From Thermoanaerobaculia bacterium (GTDB lineage Bacteria; Acidobacteriota; Thermoanaerobaculia; Gp7-AA8): 46,838 nucleotides of DNA. Of this stretch, positions 33,701 through 42,150 are shown piece by piece. The notes beneath the pieces are model-generated. The model made no database searches, had not been told where the DNA came from, and saw only the letters and a program-made list of their open reading frames with translations. Location: NCBI GenBank assembly GCA_051953135.1, contig JBQCJC010000201.1:1-46838 (forward strand), written 5' to 3'. Position numbers and translations under genes: made by a program. The first letter of the stretch is position 1. Each line of letters begins with the position of its first letter.

Positions 33701-34564
33701 GTCGCGACGAGTCTCACGTACGCCGAACCGATCGCGGTTCCGAACGCCGGTATCGCAACGCTGACGTTCTCCGACTGGCACATGAATGAAGGCGACGACA
33801 CGGTTGCGGTCGAAGTGTCAGAAGACGGACGCGTGTGGGCGCCGATCTACGAGAGCTCGCGTTCCGAGCTCGCGCCGGACGCCGTGCTCGCGTTTGCGAA
33901 TGAAGGCATGACGCCGCAGACCGTGAGCCTCGCGGCATATCGCGGCAAAACGATCCGGCTTCGCTTCACGATGTACGCGGGCGCGGAGAATCGTGCGGGC
34001 TCGACGCCGATGGGCTGGTACGTCGACAACATTCGCCTCGAAGCGGCGAACTGGTACGACGTCGGAACCGCGAGCGGCACGACGTTCACGCGCACGGGAG
34101 TGACGACTGGCAAGTACTTCTATCGCGTGCGCACGACGTTCGGCAGCGGCGCGACCGGTGTGCCGAGTCCGTGGTCGAACATCGTCGGCGTGCAGGTCTA
34201 CTACCAGCCGCCCGCACCGAAGTCCGACCTCGGCGTCGCATCCGTGCGCGTGACAACGAAGAAGAAAGACGACACGCCTGCATCGATCACCGCGGTCATT
34301 CGCAACAGTGGCAACGCCATGGCCGGTCCGTCGCGCACGTTGTTCAAGCTCGACGGCACGACCATTCTCGGCAGCATCGACACGCCGTCGCTCGCACCAG
34401 GCGGTTCCACCGAAGTCGCGGTGCCGTGGGATGCGAGCAATCTCAGCGGCGATCACACGATCACCGTCATCGCCGACGAACGGAACGTCGTGGCCGAATC
34501 GAATGAATCGAACAACGACTTGTCCGTCACCGTGACGATCAACGCGAAGGGGAAAAACAAATAG
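30758..34564 (+). CDS. secreted M6-family (immune inhibitor A / InhA-like) zinc metalloprotease with C-terminal CARDB-like domain
   Basis: Start at MMSFLRGKSFLIITLALLVTGSAAAQ, with GAGG 6 nt upstream. Zinc motif VIAHEYGHSLGLPDFY matches the M6 HEYGHxLGLPDxY signature. The C-terminus (DLGVASVRV...AVIRNSGNAMAG...APGGSTEVAVPW...ESNESNND) is CARDB-like. Confidence 0.9.
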   Translation: MMSFLRGKSFLIITLALLVTGSAAAQVKLAAKFNSAYGWVKPGETYPFFIEYSAGAAGASSVSVQATLPPSAIYIGATPAPSSGNGASASPLTWNLGSLGPNASGRILVRARAASLAEDPEVVWKNLSASVRATSSLLGVAQPAITAKTMGPKVTMLTTARYGERPFPVVMVQYQDIKHCTGAGTPFTECTGNHTAEALDAAVNSRTSGKSLWQLYNDMSFGQLSPSGSVRPRVGSTNTPFDPTYNHKFSTLTPGGLCTGATLAAVKGTPLYLNRIENGWYTLPGTQGYYGADKTGHALVGALTGQGLLFGVDDACGPTGKIVYDAASLADPDLDYNDFDTDKDGVVDFFNLMFAGDGGNGNTSVTGINNVWPHKSDLRYYFTDANGETGYVSNDQLRNHEGALMYWTNAARKTMTTTNTGLPVYVRIGPYNVNPESAVEQMSVIAHEYGHSLGLPDFYSTGSRETMGTWELMAADHAQFMTIFSRQDLGWIVPVDANDGVYTLRESKKDTGAITWKRPDGTPYTLTGDGIHNADALRVQLPKVKLIDSVPSGTRAWHSGAGNDFGCPGHTLDVFIPELEQNPNATSIALKFKSLYEIEWDWDFAFVLASTDGGRTWKSLPSKNGTTLSNWNPNNAACYAEYQNGITGVSGDANTLTNTDRHLGSYPAAQWIDDEFDLSEFRGKSLILRFSYFTDPAAVKRGWFIDDLSITADGRDLYRTDFETSDENTRLFSNGFARVSSADGLDVDHAYYIELRDRVSWDKDGKNQSERGAPTWAPGVAILYTDENHGYGNTGAEGVPAQTIVDSQPQPGNATPNLDDAAFTLTAGDSEFNGCTHIDNYVPSDADTWKLPNGLTLTVTSLSGLSSDGVSSNASATIVANIDPDCSVVNEPPVLRLGDGQSDPDTDGAIDLAWTRPNGATGPDQVQEATMLATLVDDDAENGLGKWTTTASTGTMAWETSSLKSVSGSSFWGRAIEGAVNVATSLTYAEPIAVPNAGIATLTFSDWHMNEGDDTVAVEVSEDGRVWAPIYESSRSELAPDAVLAFANEGMTPQTVSLAAYRGKTIRLRFTMYAGAENRAGSTPMGWYVDNIRLEAANWYDVGTASGTTFTRTGVTTGKYFYRVRTTFGSGATGVPSPWSNIVGVQVYYQPPAPKSDLGVASVRVTTKKKDDTPASITAVIRNSGNAMAGPSRTLFKLDGTTILGSIDTPSLAPGGSTEVAVPWDASNLSGDHTITVIADERNVVAESNESNNDLSVTVTINAKGKNK

Positions 34565-34632
34565 TCAACCAGCTTACCGGCGGCGCACACACTCATCCCG
34601 CAATCACACCCCATCCCCGTCGCCGGTAGGGA

Positions 34633-34666
34633 AGGCGGCCTCCGATCTCAGGGGCCGCCTCTTTTT
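34633..34666 (+). terminator. rho-independent terminator
   Basis: Stem aggcggcc / ggccgcct, 12-nt loop, followed by cTTTTT. Begins 69 nt after the M6 protease stop. Confidence 0.7.
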
Positions 34667-34671
34667 ATGCG

Positions 34672-34677
34672 TAAAAT
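34672..34677 (+). promoter_or_regulatory. -10-like TAAAAT hexamer 8 nt upstream of the ATG (leaderless geometry)
   Basis: Sequence is tgcgTAAAATcgcggcccATG, with no Shine-Dalgarno between hexamer and start. Confidence 0.35.
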
Positions 34678-34685
34678 CGCGGCCC

Positions 34686-37600
34686 ATGTCGCGCAGAGCA
34701 CTGGCCCTTCTCTCGCTCACACTGCTCGTCTGCTCCTCACTCTCCGCCGCGAACTTCGACGCGAATCAATTCAAAGCGTTGCAATGGCGCGAAGTGGGTC
34801 CGTATCGCGGCGGGCGTTCCGCTGCCGTCGAAGGCGTGCCGTCGCAGCCGAACACGTACTACTTCGGCTCCGTCGGTGGCGGCGTTTGGAAAACGCTCGA
34901 CGGCGGGGAAACGTGGATGCCGGTCTCCGACGGATTCTTCGGCGGCTCGATCGGCGCCGTCGCCGTCGCGGAATCCGATCCGAACATCGTCTACGTCGGC
35001 GGCGGCGAGAAAACCGTGCGCGGCAACGTGTCGCATGGCGACGGCATGTGGAAGTCGATGGACGCCGGCAAAACCTGGGTGAACATCGGCCTCAAAGACT
35101 CGCGACAGATTCCGCGCGTGCGCATTCATCCGCGCAATCCCGATCTCGTTTACGCCGCCGTGCTCGGCCATCTCTTCGCGCCATCGCAGGAGCGCGGCGT
35201 CTATCGCAGCAAAGACGGCGGCAAAACGTGGGAGCGCATTCTCTTCGCGAACGAAAACGCCGGCGCGGTCGATCTCATCCTCGATCCCACGAACCCGCGC
35301 GTCATCTACGCATCGACGTGGCGCGTGCGTCGTACGCCGTACTCGCTCGAAAGCGGCGGCGAGGGCTCAGCGTTGTGGAAGTCGACGGATGGCGGCGATA
35401 CGTGGCGCAATCTCAGCGCGATGAAAGGCATGCCGAAAGGGCCTCTCGGCATCATCGGCATCACCGTCTCGCGATCGAATCCGCAGAACCTTTACGCGAT
35501 CGTCGAAGCGAACGACGGCGGCGTCTTCCGTTCGCGTGACGGCGGCGAAACGTGGGATCGCACGAGCGACTCGCGCGACCTGCGTCAGCGCGCCTGGTAC
35601 TACACGCGCATCACCGCGGATCCGAAAGACGAAGACACGGTCTACGTCACGAACGTCCGCTTTCACAAATCGAAAGACGGCGGCAAGACATTCTCTTCGA
35701 TCGCTACGCCACACGGTGACAATCACGATCTCTGGATTGCACCCGACGATCCGCTGCGCTTGATCGATTCGACGGACGGCGGCGCAAACGTGAGCGTCGA
35801 CGGTGGTCGCACGTGGACCACTGAAGACAATCAACCGACCGCGCAGATCTACCGCGTCACCACCGACAACTCTTTCCCCTACCGCATCCTCGGCGCACAG
35901 CAGGACAACAGTGCCCTCCGCATTCGTCATCGCTCCACGAGCGGCGGCAGCATCGACGACGATCAGTGGGAAGAAACCGCGGGCGGGGAGAGCGGCCACA
36001 TCGTCGCGAAACCCGATGATCCCGAAATCGTTTTCGGCGGCTCGTACGGCGGCTATCTCGCGATGGCCAATCACCGCACCGACGAATATCGCGATGTGAA
36101 TCCGTGGCCCGACAACCCGATGGGCTACGGCGCCGAAGGTGCGACGGAGCGCTTCCAGTGGAACTTTCCGCTGCTCTTCTCGCCGCACGACGCGAACACG
36201 ATGTACGCCGCGTCGCAGCATCTCTTCCGCTCGACGAATGGCGGCTCGAGCTGGGAACGCATCAGCGACGATCTCACGCGCAACGACAAATCGAAGATGG
36301 GACCGTCCGGTGGTCCGATCACGAAAGACAACACCAGCGTCGAGTACTACGGAACGGTCTTCGCCGTCGCCGAATCCGCGCTCGAACCCGGCGTGATTTG
36401 GACCGGCTCCGACGACGGACTCATTCACATTTCGCGCGACGCCGGCAAGACGTGGAAGAACGTCACCACGAAGACCATCCCCGAATGGATCATGATCAAC
36501 AGCATCGATCCGTCGCCATTCGACAAAGGCACCGTGTACGTCGCCGCGACGATGTACAAGTCGGACGACTTCAAGCCGTATCTCTTCAAGACCACCGACT
36601 ACGGCACGACGTGGACGAAGATCACGAACGGCATCGCGGCCGATCACTTCACGCGCGTCGTGCGCAGCGACAAGCGACGCAAAGGATTGTTGTACGCGGG
36701 CACCGAGCGCGGGATGTACGTCTCGTTCGATGACGGCGCGAACTGGCAATCGCTGCAACTCAATCTGCCAATCGTTCCGATCACCGATCTCACGTTGCGC
36801 GACGACGATCTCATCGCCGCGACGCAGGGTCGTTCGTTCTGGATGATCGACGACATCACGCCGCTGCAGCAATTCGCATCCGTCGATGCGAAGAAGCCGT
36901 ATCTCTTCGCGTCGCGCGAATCGTGGCGCACCGGCGGCTACGTTTCGGATCGCACGCGCAACGCCGGAAAGAACGCGCCGAACGGCATCGTCGTGAATTA
37001 CTGGCTGCCCACGGACATCAAGAACGGCATGAAGGTGAAGCTCGCGTTTCTCAACGCCGACGGTTCCGCGATTCGCGAGCTCGAAGGCGAAGTGAAGCCG
37101 CCGGTCGAGCCCGAGAAGGCGCGCGAACAGAAAGACGCGATGAAAGAACCGCCGCCCGCGGAGCCGGAGAAAAAAATCGGCGTGAAGAGCGAAGGAGGCG
37201 AGGCGGAGCAGCAGGAGAAGGATCCGAAAGCGGAGAAGGAAAAAGAAAAGAACAAGCTCGCCGATTCGCGTCCCGGCTTCAATCGCTACGTCTGGAATCT
37301 GCGATATCCCGAAGCGAAGAAATTCGAAGGATTGATTCTGTGGGGCGGCGGCACCGATGGACCGCGCGTCGTGCCCGGCACGTACACGGTGCGATTGACG
37401 GTCGGCGAGGACGCGCCGATCACCACGACCGCGGTGTTGAAGCAGGACCCGCGCACGTCCGCATCACAAGCGGATCTGCAGGCGCAATTCGAGCTGCTCA
37501 TCGGCGCGAATCGCAAACTCAGCGAAGTGCATGAACAGATCGAGCGCATCCGCGAGATGCGCAAACAACTCACCGATCTCAAGTCGCGAGCGAAGGACAA

Positions 37601-37913
37601 CAAAGCGATCGTCGATGCCGCGAAAGATCTCGACAAGAAGATGACGACGATCGAGGAAGCGCTGTATCAGACGAAGAATCGCTCGTCGCAGGATCCGCTG
37701 AATTTCCCCATTCGCCTGAACGACAAACTCGCCGCGGTTGCGAGCTCCGCCGCGTCCGGCGATTTCGCGCCGACCGCGCAGCAGAAGGCCGTGTACACGG
37801 AGCTCGTCACGAAGATCGACGCGCAGTTGTCCGCGTTGCGCGCGCTGTGGGAGAAGGATCTGCCCGCGTTGAACGCGCTCGTGAAATCGAGTGACGTGGC
37901 GGCAGTGAAGTAG
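34686..37913 (+). CDS. VPS10/sortilin-like BNR (Asp-box) repeat beta-propeller protein, secreted (paralogue 2)
   Basis: Signal peptide MSRRALALLSLTLLVCSSLSAA. Asp-box repeats (KTLDGGETW, SMDAGKTW, SKDGGKTW, STDGGDTW, SRDGGETW, SKDGGKTF, SVDGGRTW, STNGGSSW, SRDAGKTW, TTDYGTTW, FDDGANW). Lys/Glu-rich linker and a helical C-terminal region, as in paralogue 1. Confidence 0.9.
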   Translation: MSRRALALLSLTLLVCSSLSAANFDANQFKALQWREVGPYRGGRSAAVEGVPSQPNTYYFGSVGGGVWKTLDGGETWMPVSDGFFGGSIGAVAVAESDPNIVYVGGGEKTVRGNVSHGDGMWKSMDAGKTWVNIGLKDSRQIPRVRIHPRNPDLVYAAVLGHLFAPSQERGVYRSKDGGKTWERILFANENAGAVDLILDPTNPRVIYASTWRVRRTPYSLESGGEGSALWKSTDGGDTWRNLSAMKGMPKGPLGIIGITVSRSNPQNLYAIVEANDGGVFRSRDGGETWDRTSDSRDLRQRAWYYTRITADPKDEDTVYVTNVRFHKSKDGGKTFSSIATPHGDNHDLWIAPDDPLRLIDSTDGGANVSVDGGRTWTTEDNQPTAQIYRVTTDNSFPYRILGAQQDNSALRIRHRSTSGGSIDDDQWEETAGGESGHIVAKPDDPEIVFGGSYGGYLAMANHRTDEYRDVNPWPDNPMGYGAEGATERFQWNFPLLFSPHDANTMYAASQHLFRSTNGGSSWERISDDLTRNDKSKMGPSGGPITKDNTSVEYYGTVFAVAESALEPGVIWTGSDDGLIHISRDAGKTWKNVTTKTIPEWIMINSIDPSPFDKGTVYVAATMYKSDDFKPYLFKTTDYGTTWTKITNGIAADHFTRVVRSDKRRKGLLYAGTERGMYVSFDDGANWQSLQLNLPIVPITDLTLRDDDLIAATQGRSFWMIDDITPLQQFASVDAKKPYLFASRESWRTGGYVSDRTRNAGKNAPNGIVVNYWLPTDIKNGMKVKLAFLNADGSAIRELEGEVKPPVEPEKAREQKDAMKEPPPAEPEKKIGVKSEGGEAEQQEKDPKAEKEKEKNKLADSRPGFNRYVWNLRYPEAKKFEGLILWGGGTDGPRVVPGTYTVRLTVGEDAPITTTAVLKQDPRTSASQADLQAQFELLIGANRKLSEVHEQIERIREMRKQLTDLKSRAKDNKAIVDAAKDLDKKMTTIEEALYQTKNRSSQDPLNFPIRLNDKLAAVASSAASGDFAPTAQQKAVYTELVTKIDAQLSALRALWEKDLPALNALVKSSDVAAVK

Positions 37914-37927
37914 GGAACGTTCGTGAA

Positions 37928-37955
37928 GCGGAGCGCCGGCGCCTCGGCGCTCCGC
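37928..37955 (+). terminator. GC-rich hairpin after the VPS10-like paralogue 2 (candidate terminator)
   Basis: 11-bp perfect stem gcggagcgccg / cggcgctccgc with loop gcgcct, 15 nt after the stop. No U-tract. Confidence 0.4.
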
Positions 37956-37958
37956 GGT

Positions 37959-37964
37959 TACACT
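37959..37964 (+). promoter_or_regulatory. -10-like TACACT hexamer 7 nt upstream of the ATG (leaderless geometry)
   Basis: Sequence is ggtTACACTtaacctcATG, with no Shine-Dalgarno. Confidence 0.3.
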
Positions 37965-37971
37965 TAACCTC

Positions 37972-38652
37972 ATGGCCACGATCCTCGTCGTCGAGGATGA
38001 GCTGTTGATGCGGCGGACGTTGCAGGATCTTCTGCAGCGGGAGGGATTCGTGGTCACGACCGCCGGGACCGTCGCGGAAGCGTTGGGCGAAGTGAATCGC
38101 CGCGACTTCGCGCTCATCCTGCTCGACATCGTGTTGCCCGACGGCGATGGTCTCGATGCATGCAGACGCATTCGCGAGCGTCATCGCATGCCGATCGTCA
38201 TGCTCAGCACGAAACGGCAGCTCGAAGATCGCGTCGCGGGACTCGAGAACGGCGCCGACGACTACATCGCCAAACCGTTCGAGCCCGCGGAAGTCATCGC
38301 TCGCGTGCGCGCGCAACTGCGACGCGCCGGACAATTCAGCAGCGACGGCGATGGCCGCGTCATTCGCAGTGGCGCACTCACGGTCGATCCAGCGTTGCGC
38401 GACGCGCTCATCAACGGCAAGCCCGCCGGTCTGACGCACAAAGAATTCGAGCTCCTGCATCTGCTCGCCACGCGCGCGGGCAAAGCGGTCAGTCGTGATT
38501 TCCTGATCGAGCAGCTTTGGTCCGAGGATGAGCTCGGGTCGGATAAGAACGTGGCGGTTTACATTCGCCGCATTCGCCAGAAGATCGAGAAAGATCCCGA
38601 CGATCCCGAGATCCTGCTGACCGTGCGCGGCTTCGGCTATCGCCTCGCGTAA
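37972..38652 (+). CDS. OmpR/PhoB-type winged-helix response regulator
   Basis: ILVVEDELLMRRTL, ALILLDIVLPDGDG, ADDYIAKPF, then LTHKEFELLHLL...VRGFGYRLA (Trans_reg_C pattern). Confidence 0.95.
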   Translation: MATILVVEDELLMRRTLQDLLQREGFVVTTAGTVAEALGEVNRRDFALILLDIVLPDGDGLDACRRIRERHRMPIVMLSTKRQLEDRVAGLENGADDYIAKPFEPAEVIARVRAQLRRAGQFSSDGDGRVIRSGALTVDPALRDALINGKPAGLTHKEFELLHLLATRAGKAVSRDFLIEQLWSEDELGSDKNVAVYIRRIRQKIEKDPDDPEILLTVRGFGYRLA

Positions 38653-38693
38653 TCCAACCGTAATCTCCGCGGCGGAGCATACGAGTACGCCGC

Positions 38694-40997
38694 ATGCTTC
38701 CGCCGCCCACGATTCCCGCCGAATCATCGCGTCTCGCCGCACTCGCGCGCTACGCGATTCTCGACACGGCGCCGGAAGTCGCGTTCGATGAGATCGTTGG
38801 TCTCGCGTCGACGTTGTGTGCAACACCGATCGCGCTCATCAGTCTCGTCGACGATCATCGCCAGTGGTTCAAAGCGCGGCATGGACTCGACACTTGCGAA
38901 ACACCGCGCGAACTTTCGTTCTGCGCGCATGCCATCGCGGAGAGCGATCTCTTCGCCGTCGCCGACACGCACCGCGATCCGCGCTTTCACGATCATCCGC
39001 TCGTTACCGGAGATCCGTTCATTCGCTTCTACGCCGGAATGCAACTCACGACTCCCGATGGTCACAACCTCGGCGCGTTGTGTGTGATCGATCGCGTGCC
39101 GCGCGTGCTCACGCCGATGCAGACGAACGCACTGCACGCGCTCGCGCGGCAGGTGATCGTGCAACTCGAACTGCGACGCCAGATCGCGGAGCGCACGAAA
39201 GCAGAGCGCGAGCTCGATCAGTTCTTCGGCTTGTCGCTCGAGTTGTTGTGCATCGCAAATTTCGAAGGACGTTTCCAGCGACTCAATTCCGCATTCGAGC
39301 ACGTCCTCGGACACTCACTCGATGAGTTGCTGCAGCTCCCGTTTCTCGAGCTCGTGCATCCCGACGATCGCGAATCGACGATGCGCGAGCTGGCGCAACT
39401 GCGCGCCGGAGTGAAAACCGCGTACTTCGAGAATCGCTACGCGTGCAGAGATGGCACGTCGAAATGGATCTCGTGGACCGCGGTGCCGCTGACGGAAGAA
39501 GGATTGATCTACGCCGCGGGACGCGACATCACCCGTCTCAAAGTCTCGGATGAAGAACTGCGCCGCAGCGAAGCGCGCACGCGCGCAATCGTCGATCACG
39601 CACCCGGCGGTCTCATCACCTCCGATCATCGCGGCATCATTCAAAGCGTGAATCCTGCGGCGCAGCGCATGTTCGGCTACACCGCGCCGCAACTCATCGG
39701 CAAAAGCGCGAGCGTCCTCGTCGATGATGACCGCGCGAGCGGCGAAGACTGTCTGCGCGACATTCGCAAGCGTGCCCTCGGCCGCATCACGCGCTGGCAG
39801 GGACGGCGCCGCGATGGCCAGTCGTTCCCGTGCGAGCTCTCGCTCTTCGAATTCTCGACCGACGATCATCATCGCCACTTCGCCGCGCACATCATGGACG
39901 TCTCGCAGCGTCAGGAAGTGGAGCGGATGAAACGCGATTTCGTTTCGAACGTGAGTCACGAGTTGCGCACGCCGCTCACCTCCATTCGCGGTTCCCTCGG
40001 CTTACTCGCGTCCGGCGTGATGGGCGAGCTCAGTGCGGACGCGCGGCAGATGGTTTCGGTCGCGGAACGCAACTCCCTGCGACTCATCGCCCTAATCAAC
40101 GACATCATCGACTTCGAGAAACTCGAGAACGGCAAGATGGATCTGGACCTTCGTCCCATGCCGCTCCTGCGCATGCTCGAGCGATCGATTGAAACCGTGA
40201 GTGCCTCCGCGCTGCAGGAAGGCGTCGCGATCGAATTGCATTGTCCGTGCGCCATCGTCCACGGCGATGAAACGCGACTCAGTCAGGTCACCACGAACCT
40301 GCTCTCGAACGCGGTGAAGTACTCGAGTCGTGGCGATGTCGTGAAGGTCACCGCGCAAGTGCGCGATGGCAGCGTCGAAGTGCGCGTCGCCGATCGTGGC
40401 CGTGGCATTTCTGCCGCGATGCAACATCGCTTGTTCCAGCGATTCGAATCCGGCACCGGAGTTGGACTCGCGATCTGCCGCGCGATCATCGAACGACACG
40501 GCGGCGAGATCGGTGTCGAAAGCAGAGAAGGCGAGGGCAGCACGTTCTGGTTTCGCGTGCGTGCGGCCGCTGAGGGAAGCGATCTCGCGACGCAAGCGAA
40601 ACGCGACGTCGAAGTGCTGATCATCGAAGACGATGTGGAACTCCTCGACGTCCTGTCGCGACAACTCGCCGCCGATGGATTGCGCGTGCGCACAGCGCAA
40701 TCGGGATGGGCCGGACTCGCCGCCATCGCCGAACGCGCGCCCGCGTTGATCGTGCTCGACGCCGACCTGCCGGACATCGACGGCTTTGGCGTCGTCGCGG
40801 AGTTGCGCAATCTGCCGGCGCATCGCAATGTTCCGCTGCTCGTGCACACCGGTAAGGATCTCACCGCCGCGCAACGCAATCGTCTGCAGCTCGGACCGAC
40901 GCGATTCCTCCTGAAGAGCCGTTCGAGCGACGGCGAGTTGCGCAGCGCGGTCCGCATGCTTCTCGAGTCGATGCGCGCAAGAGAGCTGGCCAGATGA
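38694..40997 (+). CDS. hybrid sensor histidine kinase: GAF - PAS - PAS - HisKA - HATPase - receiver
   Basis: GAF region: ESSRLAALARYAILDT...FCAHAI...FYAGMQL. Two PAS-like segments. H-box FVSNVSHELRTPLTSIRG. ATPase region: NLLSNAVKYS...DRGRGI...GTGVGLAI. C-terminal receiver: VLIIEDDVEL...LIVLDADLPDIDG. Confidence 0.9.
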   Translation: MLPPPTIPAESSRLAALARYAILDTAPEVAFDEIVGLASTLCATPIALISLVDDHRQWFKARHGLDTCETPRELSFCAHAIAESDLFAVADTHRDPRFHDHPLVTGDPFIRFYAGMQLTTPDGHNLGALCVIDRVPRVLTPMQTNALHALARQVIVQLELRRQIAERTKAERELDQFFGLSLELLCIANFEGRFQRLNSAFEHVLGHSLDELLQLPFLELVHPDDRESTMRELAQLRAGVKTAYFENRYACRDGTSKWISWTAVPLTEEGLIYAAGRDITRLKVSDEELRRSEARTRAIVDHAPGGLITSDHRGIIQSVNPAAQRMFGYTAPQLIGKSASVLVDDDRASGEDCLRDIRKRALGRITRWQGRRRDGQSFPCELSLFEFSTDDHHRHFAAHIMDVSQRQEVERMKRDFVSNVSHELRTPLTSIRGSLGLLASGVMGELSADARQMVSVAERNSLRLIALINDIIDFEKLENGKMDLDLRPMPLLRMLERSIETVSASALQEGVAIELHCPCAIVHGDETRLSQVTTNLLSNAVKYSSRGDVVKVTAQVRDGSVEVRVADRGRGISAAMQHRLFQRFESGTGVGLAICRAIIERHGGEIGVESREGEGSTFWFRVRAAAEGSDLATQAKRDVEVLIIEDDVELLDVLSRQLAADGLRVRTAQSGWAGLAAIAERAPALIVLDADLPDIDGFGVVAELRNLPAHRNVPLLVHTGKDLTAAQRNRLQLGPTRFLLKSRSSDGELRSAVRMLLESMRARELAR

Positions 40998-41359
40998 AAG
41001 TCCTCGTTGTCGATGATGAAGAAGACGTGCGCTTCGTGGCGCAAATGTCGCTCGAGCGTGTCGGCGGCATGACGGTCGTGCTTGCATCGAGCGGCGAGGA
41101 AGGCATCGCGCGCGCACGCAGCGAACAGCCCGATTTCATCCTGCTCGACCTGATGATGCCGGGCATGGACGGCGCGGCCACGTTCCAGCAGTTACGCATT
41201 GAGAAAGAGACGTCGTCGATCCCGGTAGTGTTCTTCACCGCGACGGCGATGGCGCCCGAGGTGCAGGGGCTGAAGGACCTTGGTGCGAAGGGAGTGGTGG
41301 TAAAACCTTTCAATCCGATGACGCTGGCGGCTGAAGTCGCGGCTATCCTGATGGAATGA
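40994..41359 (+). CDS. CheY-like single-domain response regulator
   Basis: MKVLVVDDEEDVR, FILLDLMMPGMDG, VVFFTA, VVKPF. ATGA overlaps with the genes on both sides. Confidence 0.9.
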   Translation: MKVLVVDDEEDVRFVAQMSLERVGGMTVVLASSGEEGIARARSEQPDFILLDLMMPGMDGAATFQQLRIEKETSSIPVVFFTATAMAPEVQGLKDLGAKGVVVKPFNPMTLAAEVAAILME

Positions 41360-42093
41360 ATGATCCGCTTCTCGCGGAGCTGCAGGCGCGATTTCGGGAA
41401 ACGACGCGCGCGCGCCTGCGCGACATGCACTCTTCGCTCGCGCGTCTCGATGAAAATTCGTCGCACGCCGACGCCTTGTCTTCGTTGACGCGCAACTTTC
41501 ACGCGCTCGCGGGACTCGGCGGAACGTATGGGTTCCCAAGGATCTCGGAGCTCGGCGATGAAGCGGAAGCGTCGCTCTTTCAGCTCGAGTTGCCGGTCGC
41601 GCCGGCAATCCGCACGCGATGGCGCGCGATTCTCGACGATGTCGAGAAAGAGCTCGCCGAGCGTCGTGTAATGACCGCGCCGCAGGACGTGCCGTCGTGC
41701 GACGTGCTCGTCGTTACACACGAGAACGATATCGTCTCGTCGCTTCATCGCGCGCTCGAACAGGAGCGCGCGAGCGTACGCGCGTGCGACAGCGCGGAGG
41801 GCGTGTTCGCGGAGCTCGACTTCGGCACACCCGATGTCGTCATCCTCGATCTGCAATTGCAGGACGGCACCGCGTCGTCGCTCATTCAGGCCGTTCGCCA
41901 GTCACAGCAGGGCGCGAGCGTCGGGATTCTTGTGATCGGCAACGCGGCGGATCTCGATGCGAAAGTGCGCGCGCTGCGCGCGGGCGCGAATGCGTTTCTG
42001 CCGAAGCCGCTCGATCTCGCGCATCTCGTGCGGCGCGTGATGTCGTTTCGCGATCGCCAGCGTCGTCCGCCCTCGCGCGTGCTCGTGGTCTAA
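41356..42093 (+). CDS. Hpt domain - receiver domain protein (frame continues into the next gene across a TAA)
   Basis: Hpt motif LTRNFHALAGLGGTYGF. Receiver with VVILDLQL and LPKP but a degenerate acidic pocket (VLVVTHEND). Ends ...PSRVLVV-TAA, which is the first beta-strand of the next receiver domain. Confidence 0.8.
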   Translation: MNDPLLAELQARFRETTRARLRDMHSSLARLDENSSHADALSSLTRNFHALAGLGGTYGFPRISELGDEAEASLFQLELPVAPAIRTRWRAILDDVEKELAERRVMTAPQDVPSCDVLVVTHENDIVSSLHRALEQERASVRACDSAEGVFAELDFGTPDVVILDLQLQDGTASSLIQAVRQSQQGASVGILVIGNAADLDAKVRALRAGANAFLPKPLDLAHLVRRVMSFRDRQRRPPSRVLVV

Positions 42094-42150
42094 GATGATC
42101 CGACGCAGATCGCAATTCTGCGCAAGGTTCTCGGCGGCGCGGGCTACGAC

